Position numbers and translations under genes: made by a program
Shown: positions 13,150 through 26,707 of the stretch, one piece after another
How positions within the stretch are numbered: the stretch's first letter is position 1
Layout: every line of letters starts with the position of its first letter
From: Rhizophagus irregularis
Taxonomy: Eukaryota
Direction of reading: 5' to 3'
DNA length: 64,000 nucleotides
NCBI RefSeq assembly: GCF_026210795.1
Contig: NC_089434.1
Coordinates: 1,922,001 to 1,986,000, forward strand
Notes under the pieces: generated by a model
The model's input: only the letters and a program-made list of their open reading frames with translations
What the model was told of the DNA's origin: nothing
Database searches by the model: none

Positions 13150-14950
13150 TACGATCCCTTTTCTTTTTTTTATCACACATCTCTCATTTCTCTATCCTTC
13201 GCCTTTGTTCTCGCACATAGGGAAGAAGAGCGTCCAGACATAGAGCCTCTGTACGTGCACATCTTGCTACCAAATGATTAAGTTCTGCTGATTTTGAAGG
13301 AGAATCTGCTACTATTATCTTACTCACACATCTTATTCATTGCATACTACTAGAAATCTGAAAAAATGAAAAAGAAAATTTGCCGACCACTTCTGTTGAA
13401 AAAAAGTGAAAGTTCTATTGGTAACCGGCCCCAAGCTGATTCATATGGAAGGGCAGGCCGTGGTCCCGTTGGAAATGACACATATCTCCTATGTCATGTT
13501 ATTGAATACTATATGAGACCATTTACAATAGATCCTATGATGGTCACATAGGTGTCATAGGGTTCCCTGCTTGGTAAACCTCATATGGTATAAGTTAATG
13601 ACTAAAAAATGTTGTAATTTATAGTGCCTATTTTTCCTTTAAAATAAGTGTTTGGACAATGGATAGATTGGCTGAAAAAATACCGTTAATATGGTTGGTC
13701 CCCCCTTACTAGTTTTCTTACGCAGAAGTGAAAAAATACGGAGATGTCCACGGGTTCAGCGCAGAATACCTTTTCATTTTTTTTTTTATGTACGGCAAAA
13801 CAAATTACTTTAAATAATTGGGTATGATAACATTAGAACATTAGAACACCAATCGGATTTTAACGTTATGACACACAAAAGCAGAGAATGAAATAATTGA
13901 TGATGATTAATCACGCAGCGCAACGTAAGACCCGAAAATTACAGCCTACTGCGCCGGCTGATCCATTTTTTGGTTAAACCGAAATCGGTTAAGCAAACAA
14001 AAGCACTATAATGACGCAACAGATTCTGTACAAATGACTAATGTCAAGGAAATGACGCCCTACTACTTACCCATTTTACGGTATGAGGTAAGGATATCTC
14101 CTAGTTTGAAAGAAACAACGAAAAATACAATCAGTAAGGATCAAATCACCTAATCAATTTTCGAGCAAGCATCGTCGCTCGGTGGCTTATGGTCTGTTGG
14201 TTTCCCGCAAACTTGGACCCTCCCGCGAAAGGAAAGAAAGAGAGCAGTTACAAGAAGCCCTTTTGAATGTGCCGGATTCAATGACCTTAGTAAGTTTGTG
14301 GAGTGATTCCAAATCATCAATTCCTATTGTCAACAGGAATAAAAAGTTTTAAACTTATTGCTACTGCTCGTGGAACCCGCAAGCTGATTGGATATTTTGA
14401 GAAATGGGACGACCTACTTAGGTCTTGAAATTCTGGTAACTTGGTCTGATAATGAATTGTCTTGGTGTCGATAAGGATTTAGAATGGTAAAAAAAGCAAG
14501 ATGAGATCATCTCGATCGGATGAGCTATCAGGAAAAGAAGATAAGAAGAAAAGAGAAGACGTCAAGTATCGCAAAACACAACCACAAAGATTTTGAAGAC
14601 GTTGCAGAAGTTGGTGTGATGGTAGAGAGATTTTATTTTCCTTCTTTCTTTCGTGTAACGCAATTTACGCAAGAAATTTTTTTATTTTCTTTTTAGAAGA
14701 CCACGTACAACATTCTGTACCCGATAGTATTTACGTAAAGTGAAAGACGAGTTATTAATTTGAAACCTTTTTTTTTTTGGATCAAGGAACCGCTTAACCA
14801 TTAGTTGAACAAGCGGGCCGAGCCTTATAGCTTTGAATAACAGGTAGGGCGGTTCTTTACAACCACAGCTTATATTATCGATACCACTTAATCCATTTGT
14901 GTGTGATAGAATATACACCCAGCAGTTACATTAATTTGTTAATGAAGAAG
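13150..14950 (+). mobile_element. Degraded LINE-like 5' region (UTR plus ORF1 remnant)
   Basis: Higher GC than flanks. A frameshifted translation at ~14190-14420 gives V.WFPANWTL.ERKERE...NVPDSMTLVSLW...KSFKLI...RGTRKLIGYFEKWDDLL, which resembles a repetitive glomeromycete ORF1-like family (recalled, not searched). Confidence 0.45.
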
Positions 14951-15494
14951 TAATTTGGCTTATCTGAGACAGGTGGTGAACACTAGTTTTTATTTAACTC
15001 TGCACAGTTTAGTATTTTTTTTTCTCAACAAAAAACTAAGTTATTATGATGATACTGGAAAAATTCTTGACAAGTATAATTAGTGCTTAAGTGCGGGAAA
15101 CACGCGTCGCGATGTCAACGACAAACAAAAATTTATTTATATACTATATTGCATAAATAAGGGCCACAAGGCTAATTTTTTTTTATTTTATTTATTAAAA
15201 AAGAAGAAAAAAAGAAAAAAAAAGAATTTTTGAATTATAAAAGATGTATAATCATAATTTCAATTAATTTTAACATGCAAGTTTAGAGTTAATAAGGCTT
15301 TAATAAACATTTTTGAAAAATTGTATTTTCTTTAATATCAATAAGTGTTATTATTAAGAAGATTATTTGAGATTTGATTTAATATATATAATAAGGCATT
15401 TAATGTATAAAATAAAACTCCCCGCATTAAAGGGGGAATAGAAGAAATATGTAAAGAGTGTATAATATCTAAGCAAGCAAATTTACTATTACAA

Positions 15495-15860
15495 ATTGGA
15501 AAATGTTCCTTATGAAAAAATAAAAAAGGGCACGATTTCTTATATAAAGAAGAGACACGTTTTGTGCCAATAATTCAAATTGGAATAAATCAATAAATCT
15601 ATTAGTTCCATGGACGCTATTTGATTACTTTGAATTTTACGACTATTTCTATTTGCAATTCCACACAGTACATCATGCGCAATCCAAGGTAATGATAACC
15701 CTTGGATTGAAATTGCCGATAGAAATTATTTTTATAATAAAATAAAAGAGGAGAGTTTTCTTATATAAAGAAGAGACACGATTTGTGCCAATATTTCAAA
15801 TTGGAAATTTCCCTTATAATAAAAGGACACGTTTTGTGCCAATACTTCAAATTGGACATT
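15495..15860. repeat. Clustered ~50-bp direct repeats
   Basis: ttcttatataaagaagagacacg(t/a)tttgtgccaata..caaattgga at ~15537, ~15758 and, more diverged, ~15810. Confidence 0.7.
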
Positions 15861-16719
15861 TAGATAGGGGAAATAAAATAGAATAAACATATAACAATTT
15901 TAAAATTTTGAAAAAGGGGACAAACGTTCTTTAACTTTGTTTCACATAAAGTGAAACACATTATATGAAACAATAAAATGAATAAATGAAATAAAGTATA
16001 AAATTAACTGAATTAAAATGTTTTAAGTGCATATATTAATTGATTTTAGAAATGAATAAGAGTATAGCCGTCTTAAAACAATCATATTTCAAAATTTTTT
16101 AAGGATCTAGCGTACACGCGGCCCAAAACATCTAAAGGAACCACGGTCAGTTATTGCCTTATAACACTTCAATACGAGATCCAAAGAGCGTACAGTTAAA
16201 AAAGAATTATTATTATGTGTTTATGTGTGAAGAATTTTTTTGATTTCTGTAAGGCGGTTTTTTTTTTTGAAAAAAAAGGGGATTTCATAAAAAAAAAATT
16301 TACCGTACGGTTTCAGTTTATATAAGTAATGGATGATCAGCAACATCATATAATATCTAAATGAAGAACAATTTTAGCCGAATAAACATTATCGTGGCTT
16401 TTGTTTGATGATAAAGGAAATGTCATTAGTAAATGAAGGCTTATTAGGGAAAATAGCCGATACAATAACCAATTAAATCACGTCAATACCCCACCCCCTA
16501 TTGTTTATTCACACAAAATCAATTTAATTTCTTTATCAAAGAAAACAGACTAACCATCTTTGTACAACAAGGCAAAAATGATTTTATGATGATTATTGCG
16601 GAAGGTAGATCCCATACATAAATAATTCCTTTTATTTATATTATATTTAGTAAAGTAAATCATAGAAAATCCGTTTTTGAAAAATTTATAGATTACGTTT
16701 TTCATTACGTAAATGACGA

Positions 16720-17441
16720 TTAAGTGATAGTTTTAGTTGGATGATAAATTCTAAATAAATCATTAGAGACCCCAAATACATGATTCGACCAGATTGAAAC
16801 TATAAAAGAATCTTCATACGACCAATTATTTATATAAAATTTAATATGTTTATCTCCATATTTCTTTAAAACAAAAGAAAAAAAAATGGTATGATTTAGA
16901 TTTAGTACAAATATATATATATATTAAAAAAAAAAAATACATACTGCCGTTGTGTTTACGACGAAATTTCCAGAACTTTTCGCAATAATATATATTGTGA
17001 CGGTCGAATCGACTACAAAATAAAATCGATTATGTTTTAATTTATTAAATTTCTTCTCCTTCTTTTCCTTCAAAAAAGAATTTACTTACGAGAAACATCA
17101 GGACATTCTTCAATTGTCCAAGTTACATTTTGTAATGTCTTGTCTTGATAGTATAATTCATTCGGTGAAGTGATATTAATTAAACAAATTTGATCATATG
17201 ATGACACGTTATAATTTTTACTTAATAAAATTGTGATTACTAAAATTATTAAAAAATTTGAAAGTGTTAAAAATATGTTGGACAAATGTTTAGTAGGTGA
17301 ATATTTTTCTTGTTCATATTCGTTATTATTTTTCGATGGTGAAGTAATTTGTAAAGATGATATTTCCTTTGAATTTTTTGAAGAAAGTGTAGGTGATGAT
17401 TCTTTTGAAATCGTGGAAGGTCTATCGGATATTTTGCCCAT
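16720..17441 (-). CDS. Three-exon single-pass membrane protein (~187 aa) with a beta-rich C-terminal domain, possibly Kre9/Knh1-N-like
   Basis: Exons 17441-17090, 17012-16945 and 16863-16720 with gtaagt/tag and gtatgt/aag splice sites join in one frame: S/T-rich N-terminus, hydrophobic IFLTLSNFLIILVITILL, then INITSPN..QNVTW..DSTVTIYIIA..KYGDKHIKFYI..FIVSIWSNHVFGVSNDLFRIYHPTKTIT*. Confidence 0.75.
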
Positions 17442-17657
17442 TATGATTCTTTAACTTTCTTGGAACAACGTTGAAAATTTCTATTCGTTTAAGTTAAAAT
17501 TTTTATAAGCCTCATTTTAATGCGTGTGAAACTTTAGAGAATCGAAGCCTCATCTTAAGAGATACAAATCACGTGATGATATTAAATAATAGTAGAGATG
17601 CGATCCGAAATCCATCTATCCGATAATCCATAAAATAAATAAATAAATACATCTATC

Positions 17658-18367
17658 TAGTGCTTCGATCCGTTTCTAGTCCATCCGGATGAATCCGGAT
17701 GAATCCGGATTTTTTTTTCATCCGGATATCCGGTTTTGATCCGGATTTTGATCCGGATGAAAAATATCCGGATTCATCCCGAATCCGGATAGAAAAAAAA
17801 ATTTTTTTCTAATATTTTTTATAGATTTTGTAATAAATAAATAGTCTATTAGTTTCGCAACTGATAAATAATTTTGTAATATATAAATTTTGTCATGAAC
17901 AATGATAAATTGATGATTAGTAAAAAATTATTTATTTATTATTAATTTATTTAATATAATTAAAGTGAAAATTATTTTTACATTTTTATTAATCTTATTA
18001 AGTAAAATCATAATTTAAGACGCAATATTGTTTTTTAAGCCTGATTTTATCAAAATTTGAATAAAATTTGTAACTCAGGCCAAATTAATAGTGCCGGCCC
18101 GAATTACGATAAAATAAGCTAATTCAAATTCAATAATCAAATCGGAAAAAAGGCTAAAAAAACCTACCAAATTGTATTAATAAGTACCATTATCTCTAAT
18201 ATGGATCGTCATATGCAATCTAAAAAATTTTATATATGAAATCTGATCCGGATTCCGGATTTCACCCGGATTTCTGACCCGGATTTCAATCCGGATCAAA
18301 CCGGATATAATCCGGATTTTTTTTTTGTGTAATCCGGATGACGGATTTCATCCGGATCGAAGCACTA
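17658..18367. mobile_element. Non-autonomous hAT element
   Basis: TIR tagtgcttcgatccg...cggatcgaagcacta; 8-bp TSD catctatc (17650-17657, 18368-18375); many subterminal atccggat motifs. Confidence 0.9.
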
Positions 18368-19939
18368 CATCTATCCGATAATCCGTCTTAAATCCGATCC
18401 AAACCCAGAAATCCGGATTAATCCCGATACGTTAGTATATAGCAGATAGAACATGAATAAAATCCATTGATTGGTTCAATTTCATGTAATGATTAACTCA
18501 CGTGATATAAAGAAATTACGCGGACGAAAAAAAAGAACATTTACAATAAAAAATTTTAGACTAACCACCAGTAAAAATAAATTGTGCCCATATAAAAATC
18601 ATCAAAATTAAATCATAGAATAATGAGAAGTTATGAAAAATATAGATAATTAATTATCATTCTCTTAAAAATTAATAGTTAAGCTTCCTGTGATTCAATT
18701 TAAATAATCTTTGATTTTTCTGAAACGCTCTTCCTAACAACTATAAATTATCATGATCCAATACGCCCATCTATATTTATGGATATTTAAAGTTACTTAA
18801 CCTTATTATTATTTGCTTTTTTGTTTTAAGGCAATAAACTTACCATAAAAAATATTTCCATTATTTTACTAAAAAGTCTCTTATAAACCTCCATTTATTT
18901 TTCGTAATTAACTGGATCAACTGGGTGAGAAACTGAATCTGATGCTCAAGACACTAAAGTTTCAGAAAAACTAAGTTTTGCTACGTATTAATTAGTGAGA
19001 TATGCTGTCGTACATGTGATATAACGGAATTAGTATATAGTTGATACTTGGTATAAAAGATTGCAATGGCGGATCAAAATTATGATTAACTTCGATGTAC
19101 GGATAGTACAATTTAATACAATACGGATGTAAATAACAACTTAAAGGCTTAATTTAAAATAGCAGCACGTACAAGTTTATTACAATAATTATATTATTTT
19201 CAGTAAATAAAATATTAAAACAAAAAATAGAAAAATACGTTCATCATTTGTAATTCTGAAAGATACTCTACGTGACTGGATTATGCCAATCTCAAGATAA
19301 TATTGCGATTTTCTATGGTGCTCGGGTTAGCTTTGAGGTATTTCAAGTGTTATGTACAGTATCTCATATATATAAAATTTTGAGCTTATATTTTAAATAT
19401 AATATTCTGCCTTATAAGAAAGGTATCAAATCTTGAGAAATTGTTTTCGGGCTTATTGTCGCCGTCAATTTTAGAAATGTGTATTTCCTTCCTGTTCCTT
19501 TTTGTGTACTTAGCTTATCTATGCAGTAAAGAAAGAGCCATGTTTGTGGTCATAATTCTTATAAAGCATTTAAATAAATAATATTCACCAGCCCAATAAA
19601 TATTACGCACGTCGTTATTCAGCGCATTATACCTTCCTTTTACTTGAATAAATATTTTCTGATCCAAATCCTTGAATGCTTTAGCACCACTATTACAAGT
19701 GTTGACTATTATTCTTTGTATAAGCTTCTTACTTTCTTCATGATTGATCAATTCTATGATTATAATGAAATTAGTTATTGCAAGTATAATATATAAAAGG
19801 AACAAAAGAAACAATTTTACCTTCGTAATTTTAATGAAATCAAATAATTATTCGAATATCGAAAGTAGATGGGCGGATGAGGAAATATTACTTTATTCCA
19901 ACCTTCGTGTTAACGTTAATAGTTGTGCGCGTTGCGTTG

Positions 19940-20985
19940 ATTTCATGTCATCACGCGATCGATTTCACGTGACAATGAAATTAAAGATCTCCTTGTCAAA
20001 TTGTATCTGGCCCGTATTCTTGACACGCTTGATCGGCAAGTCATGTTGTATCTAATCCAATTCCGGTTAATTTTTTTTTCCTTTCTTTCGAACCGATCTG
20101 AATTTCTTCGGTTCCCCTTTTTTTTAATTTTCGTTTTTTCTCTTTCGAAACACCTTTTTCTTTTTCCTTTTCGGTTTCTTTTTTCAACCCAATTTTTCTC
20201 TGCCCCTCCACGAAATTTTTTTCATTTTTTTTTCTTTTCTTTTTTAAATCCGAATTTTCTCTTTGTTCCTCCCCAAATTTTTTTTTTTATTTTTTCGAAT
20301 TTTTCTATTTTTATTTTTTGATTTCGGTTTTCTTCCGGCTGGCAATCCGAAAATTTTTTTCTCCTTTTCCTTTTTCGGTTTGGCTTTTTTTTCTCGAACC
20401 AAATTTTTTTCCCAAATACATTCTTTCACCATTTAGGTTTAGATCGGTGATCGTATCGATGCTGCGACGCCACGGCAATTACCTTTTTTCCCGATTCTTA
20501 ATAATAATAATAATTTTTTTTAGGTTGTATAAAGCTCAATAATAGACTGACATAATTTACTTATTTATTGTAGAAATAGATCGTTATAATTAATTTTTCT
20601 GGGATTTTTTTTTCATATTAATTAGTGAATTGTTTTTTTTTCTATAACAATAGATTGTTACAATGAATTTCTTTGAGATATGGTAACTGATATGGTAACA
20701 ATATATGTATTTTTTTTTCAACAGAGGACGTAATTTTTTTTAAATCTACAATGGAATTTTTATAAGATAAAAAAAGATTTTTTGTAAAAATGCAACAATA
20801 AACTACTTATACAAAATTGTTTTTGTAATGAATTTGTAAATATATAAATTAATCATAAATTTCACAGCACCGCAACATTTGTTTCATGTGATAAATAAAA
20901 TTTGTGTTTAATAATATTTCATACAAATAAAATATAAGTGTGTTATTATCACTCTCTTCTGGCGCAACGTGACGGTTACGCCTAG
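19940..20985 (+). mobile_element. Probable non-autonomous Helitron (3' end visible, 5' end uncertain)
   Basis: Hairpin ggcgcaac-gtgacg-gttacgcc running into CTAG|T at 20982-20986. The T-rich interior resembles 27050-27540. Confidence 0.45.
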
Positions 20986-21163
20986 TATATATATAAATTG
21001 AATTATTTAAATTACAAACTAAGAATTTGTAAGAAACTTTACTACTCTAATGTTAGTGTTTAAATAATTTAGAATATAAGAATAAAATATTTATAATAAT
21101 TTATAAAAAGCTAGTTATATAAAGATTGAAGGTTATAAAAAAAAAATTAAAATTCATTTTATT

Positions 21164-23486
21164 TTAAACATCTAGAAAATTTAATTATAATGATAAAAAA
21201 AGAAAAAATTAGACATTTGTAGTAAAACATTTTCATATTTTGTTTAAAAACAAATTTACCATCAGGGATTTCCAATTCATTTTGTTCTTCGGAATGAAAA
21301 TTTGGGTTATTATATGTCTCATCTTCATCTTAATTATCAAAATAAAATTAAATAATTATAAAAAAAGTTGACAATATAAAATACTAAATATATTTGACAT
21401 TTTACTTACCATTAAAATTAGCAATATTAGTAGCTCCTTTTGTTTGTTGCGTTGTTTCTTTTTATTAAATTAAAATTACATTTAGTAAGTGTATGTATTA
21501 ATGAATAATATTAATCAATTTACTTACTATTTTTTATTTGTAGCTTTTCAAACATTTTGGATAATTTTTTACTATTTGCTAATAAAATTTAAAATTTAAA
21601 TTATTATTATTAATTTATACAATTATCTTTATATAAAGATAATAAGTTATTGAAATACATAAATAAATTTACCAACCTTTAAAAATACTACTTATTTTTG
21701 ATGCTTTACTATTCTGATTGCTTGATTTATTAAAATCATCAACTAGAGAAAAGGTAAAATTTAATAAATATTTAATTACGTACTAATAATTGAATGCAAT
21801 TTGAAAAAAATAACTTACTATTATTTGGAATATTGAAGTCATATGATTTATTACTATGAAATGCTGTTCAAAATAAAAAATGTATTAATGATTTATTTTC
21901 TAATTTATTATGTGATGTAATATTATAAAATGAAAGTTGCATTTATATTACCTTCTAATTCCTCTATTTAATATACGGAAGAAAAAAATAATATTGATTA
22001 ATATTAACAGACATTTAAATAATAGAAATAATATTTGTTAAAAATGATATTACCTTCTGTTGCGTTTCTTGGTTCAGGCAGATTTTCAAATTGATGAATT
22101 TTACTTGTAAATAATTTGCTATTCGTACTACTATTTGTTTTATCTTGTTCTAAATTCCTATATATTTCTGATTGAAATGATTCATCTGGCGTACTTTGAT
22201 TCATTTTAGCTATTTTATTTAAAAGTGTATCAACATCAGGTCTTTTTGATGGGTCAGCATCCCAACATTTTTCCATTAAATTTTTATATTCAACAGGAGT
22301 TCCTGATACTATTCTTGGTCGAATACCATTAATAATATTTATTGCAAGATCATAATCATGTTCATGATTAATAAATGGTGATTGTTCAGATGAAATTTCC
22401 CACATAAGCATTGCAATACTATAAATATCAGATTTAAAAGTATATTCCTTTCCATTAATAACTTCTGGTGCTACGTAAGGAAGATTCCCATATATACATT
22501 TTGATGATTTGTCAGCTGGTCCACAAAATCCAAGATCACTAATGAACCACCGATCATTTAATTGTGAATACAATATATTTCCTGAATGTAAATCTCTATG
22601 AATTGCATTTTCAGTATGAATCAAATTAAGTGCCCTAATTATTTCAAAAGTAATATTAATTTTTTCTTTCCATGTAAGTCTATTATGATTCTGATATAAA
22701 TATTCTCTTAAATTTATATCCATATTCATCATTATAAGCATATAATTTCCATTTGATATGTTTTGTGTTAAACCATAACATTGGATAATATCTGCCCATT
22801 TATTACCTATGGTTAAATGTGATTTAGCCTATATAAATTTAGAGACTTTTTAATAATATAAAACTGGTTACAGTAATTATAAATACATTATTTAGATTAC
22901 AAACCTCTTCAAACCAACTTTGATTTGCACTTTCAACATTTTCTAATTTTTTGAGTACTACTTCATGACCTCCCATTCTTTTTAATTGTTGTTTTTCAGA
23001 ATCCCATTCTTCATATCTTCCATCAATCCAATCTGCTGTATAAATTTCGGAGAAACCACCTTTTGTTAGATACTTAATATTTCGTAATTTATTATATGGA
23101 ATCCATTCAATTATTTTACTTGACAAGAGTGTTTCCAACTGACATTTCTGAATTAAGTTATCAATATCATCATTTCCAGATGTCCAATTTGAAAATTTTG
23201 TTTTTAAATAATTTCGAACACAAAATTCACAGTATAACGTAGCTAAACATTCTTGTTTACAATTTTCACAAATTCTTTTTGTTCCTGAATTAAATAAAAT
23301 TTTTAAATAATCATAACCTTTTGTCAACCAATTTATTGCAAAAGTTTTTTCATCTTTAGTAAGAGAATCGTCAGCAAGAACTGTTTGTTTTTGAAATTCA
23401 TACCGTTTGTGTATATCACTGTGAACATTAAGTGCAAGTGATCTAGCAATTGCTGCATGAGCTAATTCTTGTCGAATGACAGACAT
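21164..23486 (-). CDS. Multi-exon TKL-type protein kinase with Cys-rich N-terminal domain (paralog 2)
   Basis: ATG 23486 (MSVIRQEL, by alignment with paralogs); intron 22904-22829 at the conserved WFEE|AKSHLT position; HRDLHSGN, DLG, APE; micro-exons; PNFHSEEQNELEIPD exon; probable stop at 21166-21164. Confidence 0.9.
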
Positions 23487-23944
23487 TGAATTTTTTTTTT
23501 TAATGCAAGCTTTAAAGGAAGGAGATTTAAATTGAAAGCTGAAAATTACAGCAAGAAAAAAAAAATAGGCTGAACGGAGTTTTATATCCGAAATTATTAA
23601 CAATGATCTACAGTTGCGGTACAACTTACCCAGTATCGCACAAATAACAATCTGCATTCATGTCATACACGGCCACAGTCGCTCATGAAACGATTGAAAC
23701 GTTACACCGTCGAACTATCACGTTTAAAATAATAATAAAAGTGAAACAAGTAATCTAGTATTAATCTAGTCACTACGTCTTTTTTCTAAAAAAAATTCAG
23801 AATGGCTGTTTTTATCGATCAATTAGATTAAATAAAAGAAACTGGTATAAATAATTATAAAACTTACAAAATAAAAATTTTTGGATTCTAACAAGACCTG
23901 TCGGCTGTCGTTGGAGTTAAAAAGTGCAGAGGAGTATTAATTCG

Positions 23945-24444
23945 TTAATTCGTGATCCGCGTAAAAAGTAGAGAATCTAATTATTAAAAACGGGGTTAAG
24001 TTATATATAGTAATATATAATAGCGTGGAATCTGATGACGCGGCAAATTAAAGTACGAATTTTTTAAACATGATGTAAAAACTAAAACCATTAGCATAAA
24101 ATTATACCATTTGGCTAACTTTTTACTAGAAGTCCGGTAAAATTTTCAATAATTAGAAATAACTTTCCTATGAGCCTTAAAGTAAAAATCCATTATTCGC
24201 AACGTTAAAAAATAAGGCATTTTTAAGCCTATAAGTAAGTCATTTATAGTGCTCAAAAAATTTACCGGACTTTCAACAAAAAGTAAGCCAAATAACATAA
24301 TTTGATGGCAATAAACTTAGTTTTTATATTATATTTTAACAATTAGTACTTTGGTTTGCCATGACGTCAGATTCTGCGCTATTATATAATGACCCCCAAT
24401 TTTCGATATAGGACTCTCTACTTTATTTGCGGATCACGAATTAA
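23945..24444. mobile_element. Foldback/MITE-like 500-bp imperfect palindrome
   Basis: ttaattcgtgatccgc...gcggatcacgaattaa; complementarity continues inward (tataatagcg/cgctattata, agtccggtaaa/tttaccggact). Confidence 0.7.
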
Positions 24445-26549
24445 GCAAAAAATAATTAATTTAGGTCATTATAATAAAAAAAAAAGCGATTAACTTATAA
24501 ATAAGACATTATGCGTTACGAAAGAATAAAAATATCAATTTTAATTGTATAAAAAAAAATTAAATATACATGAAGAAAATATTTGTCAAGATAAATTAAT
24601 GAACTTACACGTAAGTCAAGTAATTTATACTAACCGATATTTGCATAATAAAATAAAGAGATAAATTATAAAAAAAGTTCAAAAATTTGTCGATATAAAA
24701 ATATTTTATTAATTTGACATATTTTTCTATAATTACTATACCTGATAGTATAATAATTCCAAAAAAGTAATGGTTTGTGATACCTGATGGTTATTTTACG
24801 TTTAAAACTAGTAAATGAAGAACATTATAGTTTATGCTTACTTTATCGATGTTCAAATTTAAATTGTTTTCATTGTTTTCAGCCTAATAGCAATAAAAAA
24901 CTGAAAATAGTATGATAAAGTACTGACCACAACTGGAAGTAAATAAATCATCTCAGATTTAAAGGTCAAAGGAACTATTAAATAGATTAAAACCAAATTT
25001 ACAAACATTTAGCTGACAATAACAGATACGAATAAAATTTTGAAATTTATAGAAATGGAGGCATGTGCATTGTGCAATTCATTCAATTTTTGTTAGTTTA
25101 ACATAAGTTCAGAAGCATTTAATTCTAAGTAATAAGAACTCGATTTTGTATATTGCTTAGATCTTTATTGTTAACAATAAAAGAAGAAAGTTTACGATAT
25201 ATAAATATGGATCTTGTACGGATAAATTATAACGGATATTAAATACTGATAAAGGAATGAATCATAATCATATAAAAAAATATCTTTGCAAATTTTACAA
25301 ATCTAAATTTCAAAACACACTTCCAAATTTTTTAATTACAATATTTTATAAATATTTTAAATTTTCTCTATATCTAACAATAAATTTGAACGTATAATAA
25401 CCACACATTTTTATTATTTAAAGTTTGAATGTAAAAAAGATTTGAATTGTAAAATTTTGAAATGTGAACTTTCTTAAGTTTGTATATTAGGTATAATGTG
25501 ATAGTTTGTTAGATTCGAATTCAAAGTCTTTTTTGACTTTATTAAAAAGGTCGTAAGAGTCTATATCATCCATTTCGTTTATGATATTTTACTATGTAAA
25601 ATAAAATAAATAACGAACTTGTTAAAACAAAGTCGTTAAATATAGGTTTATTATCGCTGTTATAACTAAAATAATCAGTGACATAACGTAGTTTATATTC
25701 TTACTTCATATTTATCTTCTTAGAAAAGTAAACTGATTTGTCAAGATATTTACTTATTCCACTTTTTATAATAACTAACCGGATTGGTAGCCTGAAATTC
25801 CCAAACTATTATATATTGAACATCTAAATATTGTACATATATTTATTGTTTATTATTGTCTTTGACATTATTTGTTCCTATATTTACCTTAGGATATTAA
25901 AATATCATTACCAAGTCACATGCCAACCAATGGGATTTACGAGCAATTCCAAAATGACAAATCAGGAATCCGTAGATAAAGACCGGAAGCTTATATAATA
26001 GGATTATAAAAATGTTAGACAAATTTTGTAATTGGTACTTACCTCTTTGATCAAATTTTATTACAATTTTTTAGAGTTAACGTATTAATCCTAAAATGAA
26101 TTCTTAATATCGTAAAGTACTTTTTAATTTCCATATTACAAATGTTTTTCCATAAAATTTACGAAATATGATCATTTTGTGAATTGAATTTACTGTAAAT
26201 AGAAAGTTCCATTTAAAGAAAGTCTGTGTTAGGAACGATTATTAATTTTGATTTACTTTATTTTTATGTAAAATTTTCTGAGGAAAATTGAAAAAATAAA
26301 ATAAAATTTTATTCTATAATTAGTACAATAATATTCATATTAATAGGATAACTGATTGAGTTTACGTTATTTCTTATTTCATTTTAGTTTCAATATTCTT
26401 TTTTTCCTTAGATATATCAAAATTAAGCAACCTTAATATTTTTTATATTAACAAATGGGATAAAATTAATTCATAGTAATGAAAAAATATTATTGAAAGT
26501 TTATAAATAATATACTTACTTAGTCGAATATCATAGTAGGTCAATTTCA

Positions 26550-26707
26550 TTATTGTCCGGAGCGAAGCGAAGGACAATATATGTCTACACACTATGAAAA
26601 AAAAAATCGATCACGTGAATTTCTCTGTCCTCCACGTGATCGTCACCCAATGAAATCGTAAATTTTAGTTTTTCGCTCCGGACTACAACGGTTCCCGTTT
26701 CCTAGTT
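26550..26707 (+). mobile_element. Helentron/Helitron2-type short non-autonomous element (HINE/DINE-1-like)
   Basis: 5' ttattgtccggagcgaagcgaaggacaata; asymmetric inverted repeat ttcgctccggac at 26672-26683; 3' hairpin aacgg-ttc-ccgtt; ends ctagttt. Confidence 0.7.

Noticed and set aside
14817..14856. Resemblance to group II intron domain V (GAGCC...GGTTC)
   Set aside because: Spacing, loop and bulge do not fit, and no other intron domains were recognised.
19515..20055. Overlapping 99-aa and 103-aa ORFs
   Set aside because: Non-ATG starts, no recognisable motif, no paralog support.
20001..20542. F/K-rich ORFs here and at 27242-27458
   Set aside because: Low-complexity T-rich repeat interior with no protein motif.
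23487..23657. 57-aa N-terminal extension of kinase 2 in the ORF track
   Set aside because: Absent from the paralogs; the ATG at 23486 aligns with their starts.
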